The notes under the pieces are model-generated. The model did not search any database. It was not told the origin of the DNA and worked only from the letters and a program-made list of their open reading frames with translations. The translations under genes and the position numbers were made by a program. Source: Scenedesmus sp. PABB004 (taxonomy: Eukaryota). Taken from it: a stretch of DNA of 64,000 nucleotides. Shown here one piece after another: positions 21,601 to 33,400 of the stretch (position 1 is its first letter; each line of letters opens with the position of its first letter). The stretch is taken from positions 1,488,001-1,552,000 of the forward strand of contig JABVCE010000004.1 in assembly GCA_014905635.1 (NCBI GenBank). Direction: 5' to 3'.

Positions 21601-24454
21601 GTGTCTCTCGTTCAACCGCCTGACCTGCCTGGACGGCCTCCTGCCGCCGGGCGCGCCGCCCCATGGCGCGCTGCGCGCCCTGGACGCCGCGCACAACGCG
21701 ATCGCCGCCTGGCGCGCGCCCTGGCTGGCGGGCTGCCCCTCCCTCACCGCGCTCGACGCCTCGCACAACCGGCTGGACGCCGTCGCTCACCTCCAGGAGC
21801 TCGCCGGGTGGGCGGCCGCGGCGGCTGCGCCCGGCAGCCGCTCGCGCACCTGTGCTGACGCCCGCGCCGCTGCCGCCGCCGCCGCACAGCTCGGCGCCGG
21901 GGCTGCTGGACCTGGACCTGCGCGGCAACAGCGTGCGGCGGCACAAGGCGTACGCGCTCACGCTCGCTGGCGCGCTGCCGGGCCTGGAGCGGCTGGACGG
22001 CGCCGGCGACGCGGCGGCGCGGCTGCGCGCCGCCGCGGGCTGCTGCATCACGCTGGCCTTGCTCCGCGACAGCGCGGCGCGGTGGCACCCCGCCGACGCG
22101 CGTGGCCCGGGCGAGCCGGCGCCGCCGCGCGCGGGCGGCCGCGAGTGGTGGTGCGCGCTGCACTCCCTCTGCCTCGACGGGCGGGGGCTCACGAGCCTGG
22201 TGGGCCTGGGCGTGGCGGGCCGGCTCGTGGCGGCGAGCCTCTCGGACAACGCGCTGACGGCGCTTGACGGCCTCGAGTGCTGCACCGCCCTGCGCGAGCT
22301 CAACGTCTCCCGCAACCTGCTGTCCGACCTCGGCCCGCTCTTGCGCCTGACCGCGCTGCGCGGGCTCGACGTCGGCGGCAACGCGGTCAGCAGCCTCGCC
22401 CCGCTCGCGGGGCTGGCGGCGCTGTCGCAGCTCGCCGTCGACGGCAACGCCGTGGCCAGCCTCGCGCCGCTCACCGGCCTCACTGATCTGCTAGAGCTGT
22501 ACGCCGCGCGCAACGCGGTCACCGACATCCGGGTGCGCCGATGCGCGCGCGCGCTGCACTGGCTGCTGCTGCGGCGGCGGCCGCGCAGGTGCCACAACGC
22601 GCGCCTGACCACACGCCGCGCGCAGGAGGCGGAGCGCCTCGCGGCGCTGCCGGGCCTGCTCGTGCTGGACCTTGGGGGCAACCCGGTCGCCTCGGGCGGG
22701 GGCGCGGGCGACGGCGACGGCTGTGCGGACGGCGGGGATGCGTGCAGCTGGGGCGGCGAGGAGCGCGGCGACTGCTACTACCGCCCGCGCCTGCTCTACG
22801 TGCTGCGCCAGCTCAAGGTGCTCGACGGCGTGCCCGCCGGCGAGGCCGAGCTCGCGGCGGCGCGCGCCAAGTACGCGGGCCGGCTGATGATGAGCTTTCT
22901 GGTGCGTGCAGGGAGCGGCCGCCTGGAGCGGCCGCCTGCGCCGCCGTCTTTGTGCCGGCCCCACCTCACCGCCGCCGCCGCGGCACGCGCGCGCAGGTGG
23001 AGCAGCTGGGCCCCGGCTGCGCGCTGCGCGCCATCGCCTGCCTCGACGTGTCGGGGCTGCGCATCCGCGACCTCGGCGCCGTGTTTTCGCGGGGGACGCC
23101 CTTCGCGGGCCTCACAGAGCTCGTCCTCGACGGCAACGCCCTGACCCGCCTCGCGCCGCTCTGCGGCCTGACCGCGCTGCGCACGCTGTGCGTGTCCGGC
23201 AACCGCCTGGGCGAGGCCGAGCCCGGCGCCGCGAGCTTTGCGCTGCCGCCCGCTGAGGCCGGCGGCGCGCCGCGACCGCTGCTGCCGGGCCTGACGGCAC
23301 TGCACGTCGGCGCCAACGGCCTCCCCTCGCTGCGCCTGCTGCAGCTCGGGTGCCTGCCGGGCCTGCGCAGCCTGCACGCGCCGGGCAACGAGCTCTCTCG
23401 CCTGGACGGGCTGGACGGCCTGACAGCGCTGCGCGAGCTCGTGGCAGACCGCAACAAGATCAGGCGCGGCCGCGAGGCTGCAGCCGGCGTGGGCCGCGGC
23501 CAGCCCGTCGCGCTCACTGCCGCACGCGTGCGCGCGCCGCGCCGCCGCCGCGCCGCAGGGCGCTCGACGGCGAGGCGCTGGCGCCGCTGGCGCGGCTGCG
23601 CGAGCTGCGGCTGGAGGACAACGCGCTGCGCTCGCTCGGCGGCCTCGGCGGCGCGCTGCGCGGCCTCACGGCGCTGCACCTCGGCGGCAACAGGCTCGCC
23701 GACGCCGCGGACCTGGACCGCCTGGGCGCGCTGCCGCGCCTCGCCGACGTCTCGCTGGCCGGCAACCCGCTGGCGAGCCGGCCGGTGCGTGCGCGGGGCG
23801 CCGGCCGGCGCCCGCGGCCGCACGGCGGCCGTGGCGCCGAGCTCCTCGTGCGCTGCGCGCTGCCTCACCTGCGGCCGCGCCGCCGCGTAGGGCTGCCGGG
23901 CGCTGCTGATCGGCCGCTGCGCGGCGCTCGCGACCGCCGACCGGCAGCCAGTGACCGACGACGAGCGTTCGGCAGCGGCCGCCATGCTCGCGCCGGCGCC
24001 GGTCGAGTCGGGCCCGCCCGACGCGGCGACGGGCCTGCTCGCCGCGGCCGCCGACGCGCGCGCCGCTGGCTGCGGCTGGCTCGCGTTCGCGCCGCCGCCG
24101 GCGCCGGGCACGGGGCCGGGCGCGCAGCGCGCCAGCATGCCGGCGGGGCGGCTCTCCGGCCCCGCCGCGCTGGCGGTGCTGGACTATGTGCAGCTCGCCG
24201 CGGCGATGCCCGGCCTGGGCGCCCCCGGCGGCGGCGGCGGCGGCGCGGCGGGCTCGGTGCCGACCATCCAGAGCGGCGTGCTGGTGCTGTCGGGCAGCGC
24301 CGCGTTCGGGTTGTCGGGCACCGCGATCAGCGGCGGCAGGCCGGCCAAGCGCGGCGGCGCGAAGGGCGCGCAGAGCCCCGGTGGCAGCCCGGGCGGCGCG
24401 GCGGGGCGCCGCGCGCTGGGGCAGAGCGGGAGCGTCGCGTACAGAGGCTACTGA
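18664..24454 (+). CDS. LRRC9: LRRC9-like protein: N-terminal SDS22-type LRRs, coiled coil, ADP-ribosyltransferase-like domain, C-terminal LRRs (about 11 exons)
   Basis: Many LxxLxLxxNxL repeats (LEALWLAENRI, LHLYSNRL, LNLADNRI, LNVSRNLL), LADPLWGDCPVASLCNYQTF, GNVRLEE...W..SCQELL, VHNRHLRLAW, WYVFDPAAVLPEFLVTF. Confidence 0.8.
20068..20123. repeat. Intronic 26-bp tandem repeat whose units are each a hairpin
   Basis: TGCGCTGCTTGGAAGCAGCGCACACA x2 (20072-20097, 20098-20123); 14-bp perfect inverted repeat at 20068-20081 and 20084-20097. Confidence 0.9.
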
Positions 24455-24576
24455 TGCATGCGCACTTGCCGAGCCCCGCGCCCCGCGCCAACTGCAGCGG
24501 CAGCTGCTGCCGCGCCGCGCGCAACGCACCGCGCGCGCCGCCGCGACCCGCGCTCGAGCAGCCCGTGGCGGCGGCG

Positions 24577-27038
24577 TCAGTTCATGAAGCCGCGGCAGGC
24601 CTTGGCGCCGCACATGCAGGGCACCTTGCGCGACTCCTCCTCAAACTCAAACTGCGCGGCACGCCGCGGCGGGGCGCGCCGAGGCGGGGCGGGGCGGGCA
24701 CCGCGGCGTCAGCCCCCGCGCGCCGACTGCGCGCGCGCCGCCCGCGCGCCTCCCGCGCTCGTCGCCCCGCGCCACGCCCTGCCCCGCAGCCGCGGCGCCA
24801 GCGCGCCTTGTAGTCGTAGGAGAGCTCCGTGCCCGGGGTGATGGGTCGCTTGGAGTAGATCCCGATCTTGCGGCTGCCGTCGACGGTGAAGATCTTGGTG
24901 TAGCAGTTGCCGTCGCAGCTGTGGTTGATGTACCGCGCGCGCCCGCCCCGCACCGTCGCGTCGGCCACCCACTCGCCGTCAATCCTGCGCGCGGCGGCGC
25001 GGCGCGGCGTCGGCGGCGCGCAGCGGCCGGCGCCCCGCCGCCGCACTCTGCCGCGCCGCGCGCCGCGCGCCGCCTCCACCCCTGCCGCGCCGCGCGCCGT
25101 GCGCCGCGCGCCGCGCCGTGCGCCGCGCCGTGCGCGCCACGCGCCGCGCCGCGCCGCGCCTGAAGAGGTAGGACGAGTCCTGGCCGCGCGCCTCGTAGCC
25201 CGCCTCGCGCGCGTCGCTGAGCACGGGGCGGATGAGCTCGCCGACGTATTCGATCACAAACTCGTCGGCCGGGATGTCCTCGCCCGCAAACAGCCCCCAG
25301 CCGTGCACGCCGCTGCGCTCAAACACGACCTGCCGGCTGCGCGACACGAGGCTGCGCCACCGCGCCGCCTCGCTCAGCCCGACGTTGCCGCGCGTGAGCG
25401 CGCGCAGCTGCGAGCGCACGCCGCGCTGCGCGCGCGCCGACGCGGCGGCGGGCTCCGCGCCGGCCGCGCCGCCGGCCGGGCCGGCCGCGCCGTCGGCGGC
25501 GCGCAGCAGGCTGGCCGGCAGGCTGTGGGGCACGGGCAGCGGCGCGCCGTCGCCGCCGAGGCGGGGCGGGCGCCGCGCCGCCTCGGCCGCGCGCGCGCGC
25601 GCCTCGAGCGCGAGCTGCAGCCCGCGGCACACGCCGGGGACCTTGGCGCTCGCGGCCGCCGCGCGCATCTGGTCCCGGTCCATGGTGCGCACGCAGCCGG
25701 GGCCCGGCGGCCCGGGCGGCGGCGCCGCCGCGCCGCGCGCACCGCGCGCGCGCTTGGCCGGCCTGGGGGCGGCGTCGCCGCCGCCCGCCGGCGCCGCCGC
25801 GGCGTCCCTGCGGCCGCTCGCCGCGGGGCGCTTGCCGCCGCTGCGCACCGGTGCGGCCGCGGGCGAGCCGTGCCGGCTGTGCTCATCGCGGGCGCGCTGC
25901 GCGTCGCGGGCGCCACGCGTGCGGCGGCCGCCCAGGATGGCCTCCTGGACCGCGGCGCGCGTCGCCTCGTCCAGGTCCGCCCCCGCCAGCGCCGCCAGCT
26001 GCTCCTGCAGCTGCTCGTCGCCGCCGCCGCCGTCCTCGCTGACGGACCGCGCGCGCACGTGCCGCGCCGGCGCGCCGCTGCCGCCGCTGTCCGACCCGGA
26101 GCGCCCGGGCGCGCCGCCCTTGCGCTTGCGGCCGCTGCCCGCACTGGGCTGCTGCTCCGACCGCTCCGGCTGCTGCCCGCTCGCCGCTGGCGCCGCCGCC
26201 GCGCCCGCCTGCTGGCTGCCGGCGGCGGCGGCCCTGTTGCGGCGCACGCCAAACATGGCGGCCTTGGCTGCCGCCTGCGTCTCGGAGTCAAGCCCCGCCA
26301 GGTACGCGTCCACGTCAGCGCCGCGGCCCGCCCCGGCCGCGCCAGGCGTCGCCCTGCTCCGCTTGGCGGCCGCGGCCTTGGCCGCGGGCGCGGGCTCCCC
26401 TGCTGCCTCCCGCTGCTGCTGCTGCGGCTGCGCCAGCTGCCCCCCAGCCGGCACCGGCGCCGTCGCTGGCGGCAGCTGCAGCACCTCTGCCTCCTCGCCC
26501 GCCGCGCGCAGCTCGGCCTCGTCAGAGGCGTACAGCGAGGAGTGGAACGAGCCGCTCTCGCCGGGCACCGGCACCCAGCGCCGCGTGCAGCCGGCAAAGA
26601 CGGCGCGCAGCACACGCCGGCCGCGCACGGCCCACGGCGGCGGCCAGGGCGCCGCGGGCGCGGCCAACCCGCGCGGGAAGGCCGCGGCCAGGCAGGAGCG
26701 CGGCGCGTGCGGCATCGGATCGCCGGGCGCCGCCCACGTGAGCCGCGCGCCGTCGTCTCCGGAGGGCGACGGCGCCGCGCAGCTGGGTGCGGCCGGGCCG
26801 TGTGGCTCGACGCCCACCGGCGGCGTGTGGGGCGCCGGCGGGCCCTCCGCCTTGTCTGGCGCCTGCTGGTGCCGGTGCTGGTGCTGCAGCTGCAGGCCAG
26901 GCGGCGCTTCCGTCGCTGCCGTCGGTTGGTGGCGCTGAGGCACCGTGGCCGCCGCCCTGGCGGCCGGCGGCGACGGCTGTGCCCACTGCTGCGCCTGCTG
27001 TGCGTGGTGCTGCTGCTGCGCCTGCTGCACCCGCTGCA

Positions 27039-27073
<35 letters not shown>

Positions 27074-29245
27074 ACCTGCTGCACCCGCTGCGTCTGCTGC
27101 GCCTGCTGCGCCTGCTGCGCCTGCTGCGCCTGCTGCTGCTGCTGCTGCTGCTGCTGCGCCTGCTGCTGCGCCTGCTGCTGCGCCTGCTGCCAGCGCTGCG
27201 CGTGCTCCGCCGGCCCGGGCTCGGCCTCCTGCGCGTCGCCGTACGCCGCGTCCAGCACGCGCAGCATGACCAGGTCCAGCGCGGCGACGAGGGGCCGCGG
27301 CGCGGACACGTGCGCGACGAGCGCAAACGGCGACACCCCGCCCTCCGATATGCGCTGGCGCAGCGTGTTGATGGACAGCGGCGCGCCGGGCGCCGCGCCC
27401 GCGGGCGCGCCGGCGGGCAGCCAGCAGTCTGTTGCGTCCTCAAAGGCAGGCAGCTCCTCCAGGACGCGCCGCGGGTCGGGCAGGCCCGACTCCAGCCCTG
27501 CAAGCAGGCCGTCCGCAGCCGCCCACGCCGCAGCGTGGCGCGCCGGCGGCAGCTGCTGCGCCGCCTGCAGCTGCTGCGCCGCGGACGAGAGCGCGAGGTT
27601 CTGCGTGTGCAGGCGCAGCTCCGCCAGGCTCGCCGCGGCCGCTGCGAGGCGCGCGTCGACGCGCGCCTCGAGCTCGGGGTCGGTCGCGGCCGCGCGCGGC
27701 GCGCCGTCGGGGCCCTCGCACGGCCCCGCCCACGCGAGCGCCTGCGGCAGGCTCATCTCGCACGCGTCGTCGCCCCAGTCAAACACGACCCGCACGGCGC
27801 GGCCCGCGTGCATGCCTGGGCGCGCGCGCGCGTGCGTGCGCGTGCGTGCGGGGCGCGGGCGCGGGCGCGCGTGAGCGGCGCCGCTGCCCCACCGCGCCGC
27901 CGGGGCGCTGCAGAGGGCAGGGCGGCGCGCCGCACCCGTGGGGAAGCGGCGCTCGACGTCGGCGAGCGCCTCGGGCCCCGCCCACTCGACCTCGTCGGGC
28001 GGCGACTCGGCGGGCCAGGTGGTGTAAAACCAGGCCTCACCCGCCGCGACCGCCAGCAGCCTGCGGTGGCGGCAGTGCCGGCAAAGCGGTGGGCAGCGCA
28101 CGCGGCGGGCGCACGCGCGCAGGCGCGCGCGCCCTGCGCCGCCGCGGCGCGCGGCCGGGCCGGGCGCACCGCCTGGCTGCGAGCAGCTCCGCCTTGGCCG
28201 CGAGCAGCGCGCCATAGGCTGCTTGGAAGCCCTGCAGCCCCGCCTGGCAGGCGCCGTGCGCCACCGCGGCCAGGCGCTCCGCCTGGCTCACGGCGTCCGG
28301 CGCGGCCGCGGGCCGGGGGCTCAGCGCCCCCTGCTGCTGCTGCTGCTCCTGCTGCTGCAGGCGCGGGCTCAGCGCCGCCTGCGGCGGCGGCGCCGATGGC
28401 TGGGCGCCGCCGACCGGCCACGCCTGCTCGTGCCCGGCGGCATCAGCGGCTGCAGCTGCAGGCGCGTCGGCCGCGGGCGCCGCGGGCGTTTGGGGCGGCC
28501 GCCTGCCGAGCGCGATCACCAGCCCCGCCCTGGCAGGCTTGGCGGGCGAGGTGGCTGACGGCGGCTGCTCGGCTGGCTGCTGCTCCTGCGGCTGCCGCTG
28601 CTGCTCGTGTGGCTGCTGCTGCTCCTGTGGCTGCTGCGCGGGCCGCGACTGCTGGGTCTGCTGAGGCTGTTGCTGCGCTTCCCGTGCCTGCTGCTGCTGT
28701 GGCTGCTGCTGCGCTTCCCGTGCCTGCTGCTGCTGTGGCTGCTGTGGCTGCTGCTGCTCCTGCGTCTGCTGTGGCGGCCGCGACGGCTGCCGCTCCAGCT
28801 GCTGCAGCTCTGGCGGCGCCTGGGGCGCCGTCGGCCGCCGCTCGGGCTCTTGCGGCGCCTGCTGCTGCTCCTGCTGCTGCTCCTGCTGCCGCTCCTGCTG
28901 CCGCTCCTGCTGCCGCTGCTGCGGCAGCGGTGGCCGCGGTGCAGGCTGCTGGCCGTCGGGCCGGGCCACTTGCGGACCGCTCGCCGACACCGGGCGGGCC
29001 TCGGCAGGCGCCCCGCCTGCTGCGAGCGCTGGCGCCTCGGCGCCGCCGGGCCGCCCCAGCACTGCGCTCCGCTGCTTGCCGCCCGGCTTGTCCGCCGCCG
29101 GCCGCTCGGCGGCGCCTCTGCGCTGCTCCGCAGGCCTGCTGGGCAGGCGGTCCAGGGCGGCACCGCTGCTGGGCCGCTCGCCGCCGGCGCGCGGCTCGTC
29201 GGCCGGCCGCGCCCGCGCCCGCTCCCGCTCCCGGCTGCGCTCGCT

Positions 29246-29277
<32 letters not shown>

Positions 29278-29833
29278 GGCAGCGGCTGCGGCTGCGGCTG
29301 AGCGCCTGCGGCATGCCACGGCCACGGCAGCGGCCGCGGCCGCAACTGCGGCTGCGGCTGCGGCTGCGGCTGCGGCTGCGGCTGCGGCTGCGCCCACGCT
29401 GGCGCCCGCGGCTGCGACTGCGCCCACGCTGGCGCCCGCGGCTGCGACTGCGCCCACGCTGGCGCCCGCGGCTGCGGCTGCGGCTGCGCCCGCGCCGGCG
29501 CAGGTCCCGCCCCGCACTGCTGGCAGGCCGCTCCCGGCTGCGCGCGGGCCAGCCGTTGCCCAGCCGGTCAAACACGCTCACCCGCTGCGCACCGCCGCCG
29601 TCCCGCCGGCTGCGCTCCCTGCTGCGCTCCCCGCCCCTGCTGCGCTTCCGGGCGCTGCGGCCCCTGCTGCCGCTGCGCCGGCGCTCGCGGCTGCGCCGGC
29701 GCTCGCGGCTGCGCCGGCGCTCGCGGCTGCGCCTACTGCTGGGGCTGCGGCTCAAGCTTGATCCGCTGGTGCTGGTGCTGCTGGTGCTGCTGCCGCTGCC
29801 GCTGCTGCTGCTCCCGCCGCTGCTGCTGTTGCC

Positions 29834-29883
<50 letters not shown>

Positions 29884-29974
29884 CGCTCCTGCGCGGCTGC
29901 CGCGCCGCCGGCGGCGCCTTCACCGGGCGCGCGGCCGCCCTCCCCGGCGGCGGCTGCGGCGCCTCGCCGCCCAT
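24577..29974 (-). CDS. SET1/ATXR7-like histone H3K4 methyltransferase (5 exons)
   Basis: [70 protein letters not shown], post-[17 protein letters not shown]; N-terminus low complexity. Start at 29974 is inferred. Confidence 0.88.
26984..27195 (-). repeat. CAG/poly-Gln and QQA coding microsatellite inside the SET gene
   Basis: (ctg)n and (ctgctgcgc)n on the plus strand, reading [10 protein letters not shown]... on the minus strand. Confidence 0.85.
29280..29880 (-). repeat. Coding minisatellites encoding an RS-rich region and poly-Ser
   Basis: (cggctg)n hexamers, a 30-bp unit x3 at about 29391-29480 ([10 protein letters not shown]), an 18-bp unit x3 at about 29676-29730 (RRRSRE), and a (ctg)n tract read as poly-Ser. 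Confidence 0.85.
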
Positions 29975-30426
29975 GGCGTCGACAGCGGGCTGCGCGAGGC
30001 GGGCGGCGCGCGGCGCGCTGCTGCGCACCCCGCGGCGCAGCGGGGCGCCGCGCGGCCCAAGCGCCGCAACCCCACGGCTGACGCGGCTGTGCGATCGACT
30101 GCAGGAGTGGCGGGCCGGGCGGCGGCGATCACACCTCACCACGCGGCAGCTGCGCGAGCGCGGCGGGGTTTGCCGCCGACCCACGGCTCGCGCTCACTGA
30201 GACCACCACCGCCGCCCCCAGCGCGCGCCTCCACAACTCCGCACGCCAGCTCACCGTCCTGACGAGCCCGCCAGGAGCAGCAGCACACCAGCACGCCCCA
30301 CCTTCTGCTGCTGCGCGACAACCGACCCCAGGCCCCAGGCAGGCGCCCCAGCGCACGGCCTGCGCACATCCTGACAGAATGCTGCGTCGCCGGCGTCAGT
30401 GAACGGGCGGGCGCGCCAGGCGCCCA

Positions 30427-33400
30427 ATGATGAGGCCTGCAGGTGCATGCGCGCCCCGCTGCCGCTGCCCGCCGCTGTCGCCCGCCGCCGCGCGCACCCG
30501 CGCGGAACGCGCAGCCGGCCAGCACCGGGACGTGCTGGAGGGATCGCACATGGCGCTTGGAGCGTAGCAGGAGGCAGAGCTGGGGGGCGCCGCGGCCGCG
30601 TGCGCTGCTCGCTGGGCTCACAGCAGCGCCGCGTCGCGTCGCGGCCGCAGGCTCGTTCACCGACTTTATCGAGTTTGAGCACTCGGACGATGGCGTCGGC
30701 GGCGGCTCCGAGGAGGAGACGCTGCTGTTTGCCGGCGGCGGCGGCCGCGGGCCGGGCGGGCCGTCGTCGGCGCCGCACGCCGCCGAGCGGCGCGGCCTGC
30801 TCGGCGCGCTCGGCCAGATATGGCGGGTGCGCAGAGCGGCGCGCGAGGGGCGCCGCGCGGGGGGCGCGCGCGCGCGCGCGCGGGCCCGGCTGAGCGCGCC
30901 CGCCCGCCCGCAGCCGGGGAGCGACGCGGAGAGCAGCCGGGTCAACCACCACTTCACCAACGAGGGTGCGGCAGCCGCCGCGCGGCAGCGACGCCGCCGC
31001 GGCGCCGGCGCGGCGCGCGCGCGCGCGCGCGGCGGCGCCGCGCCGCGCGCCTGAGCGGCGGAGCCCCACCGCGCGGCCGCGGCGCGCAGAGAAGCGGCGG
31101 CTGGACCTGTTTGAGAGCATCGACTACTTCGCACCCAACAGTGGTGCGCGCCGCGCGCTGCTGGGGCGGAGCGGGCGGGGGCGGGGGCGCGCGGCGCTCG
31201 CCGTGGGGGTCCATGCCGCCTGGGCAGGCGTCGCGGCGCGCCGCAGCAGCCCCCCTCCCGCCCACAAAAACCCCGCACTGCACCGCACCGCACCGCGCGC
31301 CGCAGCCGTGTACCGCAAGTGGCTCGCCCGCCAGGTGCGGCGCCCGCCGCCGCCGCGCCGCCAGCGCAGCGCCGTGCCGTGCCCGTGCCGGCTGCGCGCC
31401 CGCGCACACCGCGCGCCGCGCCGCCGCAGCCGCACCGGCGCGCGTGGGACCGGTGGCTGATGATGGGCAGCATCGGCGCGGCGACCGGCTTTGTGGGGTT
31501 CTGCCTCTACGTGGTGCGCGAGGGGCCCGGCGGAGCTGCGCCGCCGCGCCGCCGCGGCGCCTCGCGCCCCCGCGCGCGCGTGTGCGCGCCGCGCCCCGCA
31601 CGCCGCGCCGACGCACGCCGCGCCGCGCCGGCGCGCGCCGCGCCAGGTCATCGACGCGCTGGCTGAGTTCAAGTACGGCGTGACGCGCTGGCTGCTGCTG
31701 CACACCGACCTCGGCGTCGCGTGGCTGTTCAACACGCTGCTCTCGCTCTGCCTCGTCGCGGGGTCGTCGGCGCTCGTCGTGCGCGCCGCGCCCGCCGCGG
31801 TCAGCAGCGGCGTGCCGGAGGTCATGGCCTACCTCAACGGCGTGCTGCTGCCAAAGGTCTTCAACATCTTCACCGTCGCGGTCAAGTTTGCGTCGTGCGC
31901 GCTCGCCGTCGCGAGCGGGCTGCCGGTCGGGCCGGAGGGTCCCATGATCCACATCGGCGCCGCGCTCGGCGCCGCGCTGAGCCAGGGGCACTCCACGACG
32001 CTCGGGTTCACGACCGCCGCGTTCCGGCGCTTCCGCAACCCCCGCGACAAGCGCGACTTTGTGACCGCCGGCGTCGCGGTCGGCGTGGCGACCGCGTTCA
32101 ACGCGCCCATCGGGGGGCTGCTCTTCGCGTTTGAGGAGGTCGCGAGCTTCTGGCAGCACTCCCTCGGCTGGCAGGCGCGGCGGCGGAGGGCGAGGGCGGC
32201 GGCGGGGGCGAGGGCGGCGCGGCGGGGGGGGGGGCGCTGGCCGGTCGCTCGCGCAGCGGCCGAGCGGCGCCCCGCGCCGCCGCCGCCGCCGCCGCGGCCA
32301 GATCTTCTTTGCCTGCATGTGCGCCACGCTCACGCTCAACCTGAGCCGCAGCGCCGGCAAGGCCATCTTTCACAGCGGCAGCTTCGGCTGGTTCAACCAG
32401 GCGCGCCGGGGCCAAGTGCTGCGCGCGCGCCGCCGCCGCGCCCGCGCGCGTCCTGTCACCCACTGCCGCCACGGCCGCGGCGGCGGCCCACGCCCGCCCG
32501 CCCCCGCCGGCGCGGCGCGCAGGAGGTCGCGTTTGAGGCGGGGCTGGAGATCAGCGCGCACATCCTCGCCGTCGTGCCCGCCGCAGTCGTGGGCCTGCTG
32601 TGCGGCGGCCTGGGCGTGGGGTTCACGCTGCTGAACCTCAAGATCGCGCGCCTGCGCGACGCGATCGCGCTGCCGGCCAACGCGTGGCGGCGCTGCGTCG
32701 AGCCGTGCGTGCTCGTGGTCCTGTACGTCACGGGCACGATGCTGCTGCCGCGCCTCTTCCCCTGCACGCCCACGCACTGCGTCGCGTATGACCACGCCGT
32801 GTACTGCGGGCTCGGCAACGTCACCGCCGCGGCCGGCGGCGCCGCGCCGCCGCCCGACACGCCGCCGCTGTCGCTGCCCCTCTACACCTGCGCCGCGGGG
32901 CGCGCCGAGAACGGGACGTGGGTGCCCAGCACCGGCACGATCACGCCCGACTCGCCGAGCAACGCGAGCGCGGTCGTCTTCTACAATGAGCTCGCCACGC
33001 TCATGCTCAACACCGGTGCGCCGGCGCGCTGGATGCGGCGCCCGGGCGCTGGATGCGGCGCGCCGCGCCGCGCCGCGTGGTGCCGCCGGCCGGCGCTGGG
33101 GCACGGCCCGCTCGCGCGTGCGCGCGCCGCCGCCGCCACGCCCCGCCCCGCCGCCTCGCCGCCGCGCCGCCGCCCCGCGCGCCGCGCAGGCGACGAGACG
33201 ATCAAGCACCTGCTGAGTCGCGGCGCGCACCGGCGCTTTGGCTACGCGTCGCTGGGCGTGATGCTGGCCTGGTACTTTGTGGGCGCCGCGCTGTCGGCGG
33301 GGTCGGCGATCGCGTCGGGGCTGTTTGTGCCCATGCTCATGATGGGCGCGCTCACGGGGCGCCTCGTCGGCCTGGCCACCACCGACATTGCCGACAAGTA

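Noticed and set aside
26945..27874. Cys-rich, metallothionein-looking ORF
   Set aside because: The (TGC)n frame of the antisense CAG repeat, not an independent gene
24907..29301. 1464-aa plus-strand ORF
   Set aside because: Antisense shadow of the SET gene; its poly-Leu is the reverse complement of poly-Gln codons
29391..29480. 30-bp direct repeats as a possible CRISPR array
   Set aside because: No unique spacers, in-frame coding RS repeats, eukaryotic context and no cas genes
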